Both the position numbers and the translations under genes were made by a program. The notes under the pieces were generated by a model. That model was not told the origin of the DNA, did not search any database, and worked only from the letters and a program-made list of their open reading frames with translations. From Balanoglossus misakiensis (Eukaryota; Animalia; Hemichordata), in NCBI GenBank assembly GCA_040954595.2, contig CM082579.2, positions 10,343,625-10,407,624 on the forward strand: DNA of 64,000 bases, in the 5' to 3' direction. Below, piece after piece: positions 61,580 through 64,000 of the stretch (positions are counted from its first letter, which is position 1; every line of letters starts with the position of its first letter).

Positions 61580-64000
61580 ATGGTTAAGTTACTTCCAACA
61601 TGTATTTGTCTTAGTTTGGCTGTTTGCACAGCATTGGGAGGTTTCCGTCCATGCATGAATACGATGGGTACGTAGTTTAACTTCCCTGACGTCATAAGAT
61701 TTTTTACAGAATGGTGACACTATAGTCTATAAAACTGTGTCCACACATTGCAACAAAATAGCGTCACGAAGAAGGCATATTGAACACCTATTGCCTGGCC
61801 ATGAGGGCCATAGCAGCCGTTTATTACCCCCGAGGGGATACTATGGGGTAAAAACAGCTGCTATGGCCCAAATATAGGCCAGGCCACAGGTTTTTTATAA
61901 TAAACCTCATGCTGCGAACTCACGTTGGTCACGTGACCGGTTTATATGCTATTTCCCTAGGGATTCATAGTCGATTCTAATTTCCTATCACGTGACGGAT
62001 TCTGGCGAATCACGACACAGTATTAGCATGAGGTATATTATAAATGTAATTATGATTTGAGCATGTTTAGAATAATCATTTTAATTGGGTTTTAATTACG
62101 ATAGATGAAAAATAAAAATTAAAGAGACAAATACTGAACAAACGACTGTCCCATATATCTCAAACGTTTCGGCAAATAACGTTTCGAAACTATCGCGGGG
62201 CAGCCAAAAGTGAATACATAATACTATTTTCAAACGCGATGTTAAGAAAACATTCGGACTACAAACGGCAGCGTTCTTATAGGGGTGACAGCAGACACGG
62301 TCTCCTCCAACATGTTCAAACGATTTTATTCTGGTAGAATCTTTAACGCATACACTATCTCTTGTATCAGTTTATGAACTCATCTCTTGTGCATTTTCAG
62401 CGATCCGTTATGTGGATAACACTGTAATAATTCCTCCTAACGTCGACGCGTGTTTTGACAGCGGCACAGTGCCATTACTCTTAAGCGGTATCCACGAAGA
62501 TGATGACAGGGCCCAAAAACTATGTGTGAACCTTACAAAGAATGGTAAGCGACTACATGTATTTTAATAACTCAACTCTCAGCGGTGGGGTACTTATTCG
62601 TCAGCACCGATCGGATCCTGCTCGACTTCGGATAACTTCATATATGCGTAGTGTTTTTATTAGATTACATTTGTATATGGTATGATCATTGGTCCCTTCT
62701 CAGAATGATGATTAACTCTTGCATAAAAGGAAGTCATTAATATTATGTATCATAACCCAGAGTCATTGGTATTCTGTACGCCCCCATCCCTTTTAAAATC
62801 CATTTTAATTACACATCGGATCTTTCTCGGTAATATACTCATTTTGGGCCAGGACATGATGAAGGGATTGTGCAATGTGTTTCCAAGCAATATGAACACA
62901 GCAGAAAGAACCATAAACTGGAAGTATATAACGGTACCTGGGCTCTCAGCGTGACGAACGGCCACAATAATGTTAATCAAACGACGTACAGTTGGTGGTT
63001 GGTAGCATCCGAATCGGGAACCATCGCGGACACATCTATATGCCAGCATGGTAGGTTACAATAGACCATTTTCCGAACTCCGCGAGACCATGTGAGATCT
63101 CGCGTGGCTATATGTGGTTTATATGGGAAGACATTATCGTGTGACACGTGGACAAACAACACCTATCCCATTGCTTACTGTATTTTCTGTCTTTAAAAGT
63201 ATAAGTCCATCACAAGCAGACTGACTTAATGAACTCAGGAGGAACTCGGCCTGTCCACGTTTCCTCTGAATGTTGACATAAATTTGCGCTTTATTTTCAT
63301 TTGGCCGACTTTAAAATATCCAGTTGATAACTAATGCAACAATTATCTGCTTTGGTTTTAGTACCCACACACGGTTTTCAATCCTACATTGAAACACGTC
63401 CGGGTAAACGGGTTTCTGCGGGTTACAGTCTGACCGAAACTAACGCCAAAGATGTTTCACTTATCGACGTCAAGGGAAATGTGGTTTTCAGCCTGGAGAT
63501 TGTTGAAGGCAAAATCAGTCGTTGTGACATGTTTATGGACAGTGGCGTGTATGTGTCGCTACGTGATGACGTATTTGTTGTTGAGTACACCAACGTCAGC
63601 TGTGAGAGTGATGGTTCCCATGAAATTAAAACTACCTTCACTTCAGATAAATTCAACACTAAGGTTTTTCATCTGCATGTGGAAGGTGGGTCAACAGATA
63701 GGAATGCGCTTGTCTTAAATTTACATAATTTACATAGTAGTGAATAGGCAACATTTAAAATATATGTGTGTACGAGTGTGACGCCAAACGTTCCATTTAC
63801 AAAGTCTCGGTAACAAATGATGGCCGATTTTATTTTTCTGTGGAAACTATCTGTCCTTGGGCAAATGTCTTGCCATTGTAGCTTACAATCGAAGACGGTC
63901 TCATGGTTTATTTCAGAAAATATAAAGTACGTGAACATTTCTGTGTTACAAGCGCCGGAGTGTGAAGGAGATAACGCAGTTCTGCGATGTAACATAACTG
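61580..64000 (+). CDS. Secreted or membrane Ig-superfamily protein, 5' part (runs off the window)
   Basis: Signal exon 61580-61667 (MVKLLPTCICLSLAVCTALGG..., phase 1); open phase 1-1 exons 62283-62333, 62401-62544, 62853-63050, 63362-63685 (V-like domain ending KVFHLHVE) and 63917->64000 (NISVLQAPECEGDNAVLRCNIT, Ig B-strand). Confidence 0.75.
61786..62043. mobile_element. Two adjacent foldback elements in intron 1 of the Ig gene
   Basis: GCCTGGCC..GGGCCATAGCAGC..TACCCC is inverted to GGGGTA..GCTGCTATGGCCC..GGCCAGGC; then TTATAATAAACCTCATGCT ... AGCATGAGGTATATTATAA (18/19). Confidence 0.65.

Overview
AT-rich, intron-containing animal genomic DNA, probably an invertebrate deuterostome such as a hemichordate (inferred from gene and repeat style, not proven). 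Left ~42 kb: a compact housekeeping block with CpG-poor gene bodies and CpG-rich promoters. It holds the 5' exons of an unidentified signal-peptide gene (-), SRA1 (+, 6 exons), MCMDC2 (+, 21 coding exons, one GC-AG intron), EMC7 (-, 4 exons) and an MFSD6-like transporter (+) whose first intron carries two nested Helentron/HINE-type elements. Right ~22 kb: a CpG-retaining, transposon-dense block with two divergent Ig-superfamily genes, a degenerate tyrosine-kinase exon, an inverted duplication, LINE fragments and many MITEs, including 28-84 bp hairpin insertions with 7- or 9-bp target-site duplications. The strongest unexplained signal is a roughly 100-fold excess of TACATGTA, the Tc1/mariner-type TA-CA-TG-TA excision footprint. 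One copy appears to be a +6 bp insertion in an L2 ORF. Exon structures and counts were read by eye and no searches were run.
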